Assembly (NCBI GenBank): GCA_040954595.2
Contig: CM082590.2
Span: 6,572,001 to 6,636,000 of the forward strand
Source: Balanoglossus misakiensis
Taxonomy: Eukaryota > Animalia > Hemichordata
Direction of reading: 5' to 3'
DNA length: 64,000 nt
Shown here: piece by piece, positions 63,692 to 64,000 of the stretch
Layout: every line of letters begins with the position of its first letter
How positions within the stretch are numbered: the stretch's first letter is position 1
The notes under the pieces: generated by a model
What the model saw: the letters and a program-made list of their open reading frames with translations, nothing else
Database searches by the model: none
Told to the model about the DNA's origin: nothing
Translations under genes and position numbers: made by a program

Positions 63692-64000
63692 TTAAAGCTG
63701 CAAGCAGCATTGTCCGGGCCCAAGCTCTATTATCTGATCTGATTATTAGATATGCACATAATTAATGAGTAGAAACATAATGCTGTGTTTTATCACATGA
63801 AATATCAAGGTTATATCTATGTTTGGTGTTGATATAATGTTAAGTAGGTCAAAGGTCACCCAGAGGTCACCCACAATTTGAGCAGAAAATTTTGACCCAT
63901 AGTGGTCCATGTCCAACAAAAACCAGACCTCTAGCCCTTTTGGTTAGCCCGGAATTAGGTATGCACATAAATAATGAGTTAAGCAGGTGTCACAGGTGAC
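63692..64000 (-). mobile_element. Subtype A unit running off the window
   Basis: TTAAAGCTGCAAGCAGCATTGTCCGGGCCCAAGCTCT. Confidence 0.8.

Noticed and set aside
1-64000. 48-kb tandem segmental duplication or assembly artefact
   Set aside because: Identity stops at the element terminus, flanking units differ, and SNPs distinguish the copies. Long-read confirmation is still advisable.

Overview
Eukaryotic (probably metazoan) repeat-dense DNA with no host genes. The window is a cluster of Helentron/Helitron2 (HLE2) elements. It holds one complete ~25.3 kb autonomous element (30632-55937) encoding an intact ~2513-aa OTU-ZnF-Rep(HUH)-Pif1 helicase-APE endonuclease protein, and the distal 8 kb of a near-identical second copy (1-7966, offset 47,971 bp). 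It also holds 14 non-autonomous 1.2-2.1 kb HINE-like units of three subtypes. The units are not a simple satellite: their termini pair like nested parentheses. Each insertion sits without TSD in an A/T run within ~100 bp of, or exactly at, the palindromic end of a resident family member, and two junctions reconstruct to the base. One unit carries a young Gypsy LTR retrotransposon (642-bp LTRs, AATT TSD, tRNA-Ser PBS, -1 frameshift). Its pol is split by a 2.9 kb foldback-type TIR element containing inverted 69-bp arrays, a ~390-bp hairpin and a BEL/Pao-like fragment. All comparisons were made by eye.
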